From Candidatus Methylomirabilis sp. (GTDB lineage: Bacteria > Methylomirabilota > Methylomirabilia > Methylomirabilales > Methylomirabilaceae): a stretch of DNA of 16,211 nt. The notes under the pieces were generated by a model. The model ran no database searches. It saw only the letters and a list, made by a program, of their open reading frames with translations, and was not told the origin of the DNA. Every line of letters begins with the position of its first letter. Position 1 is the stretch's first letter. The DNA is taken from contig JBGQJI010000050.1 of assembly GCA_041498975.1 (NCBI GenBank), positions 1 to 16,211 of the forward strand, in the 5' to 3' direction. The position numbers and the translations under genes are program-made. Of the stretch, positions 15,775 through 16,211 are shown piece after piece.

Positions 15775-16162
15775 GAGGCTAGGCAACAGAAACGGCATTC
15801 TCGGACCGGCGGGCACGGGGGGCCCGACCCGAGGCCCAGGCTGCAGCGCGGATGAACACCCTGTCAAGGCAAAACGCTGGGGACCGAGAGGGGCATGTGG
15901 CCGCGTGGGGTGGTCCCGACGCCGTCGGCCGACGTGCGACGAGCGGGGGTGCGGGCGCTCCTAGACGGAGCGCGGCCAAGCGCTGGGGCCGGGTAGCGCG
16001 CTTAGGCAGGGATGTCGGCGAAGAGGTCTCCGATGGCGCCCGGAGGGGGCCGGGAGGGGTGGGGATCGGGACCCTCGGGCGGGAGCCGGAGATGTGCGAG
16101 GATTTTGCGGATGACCTGGGGGTCCTCGATCGTCGCGATCAGGTGCATGCGCCCCCCACAGG
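15775..16162 (-). mobile_element. IS91/ISCR-like family alpha remnant: transposase tail plus oriIS-like end
   Basis: Aligns with 9273-9657. Encodes CGGRMHLIATIEDPQVIRKILAHLRLPPEGPDP...DLFADIPA* (16160-16002). Confidence 0.85.
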
Positions 16163-16185
16163 TCTAGGGTATTCTACCCTCTGCT

Positions 16186-16211
16186 CTATCGTCCTCTAAA
16201 TCTTGGAGGGC
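16186..16211 (-). CDS. Extreme 3' end of a probable enoyl-CoA hydratase gene (rest outside window)
   Basis: Reads (R)PPRFRGR*, matching RPPRFMGR* at 8144-8170 (19/26 nt identical by hand alignment). Very short. Confidence 0.55.

Noticed and set aside
8398..16162. CRISPR array or classical integron
   Set aside because: Repeats are 70-460 bp, irregularly spaced and contain transposase tails. No cas or intI gene and no convincing attC (RYYYAAC...GTTRRRY) was found.
15613..16199. Plus-strand ORFs through the repeats (also 9311-9733, 13664-14432, 8293-8955)
   Set aside because: These are shadow frames of GC-rich element DNA or antisense to real genes.

Overview
GC-rich bacterial window in two parts; gene content and repeat types tentatively suggest an NC10/Methylomirabilota-like genome (inference only). 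Left part (1-8140), housekeeping-like: the end of a GldG-type ABC-accessory gene plus a DUF4340 gene, a small Zn-ribbon ORF, TylF-family O-methyltransferase plus phosphatidylcholine-synthase-like gene, class-III aminotransferase plus ferredoxin, and a SAM-I riboswitch-controlled NIL / ThrC-like / MoaD-like operon that looks like a sulfur-carrier route to homocysteine. Right part (~8400-16160), accessory mosaic: five co-oriented oriIS-like ends from two IS91/ISCR-type (rolling-circle HUH) element families. They carry at most transposase remnants and an outward sigma70-like promoter, and are interleaved with cargo (GT2s, a membrane protein, DUF1036, decayed fragments). The mosaic is bracketed by two related enoyl-CoA hydratase 3' ends. 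This cassette-like array of rolling-circle ends is the most interesting object. A nested ~25-bp micro-insertion and several palindromic/heptamer repeats are also present.
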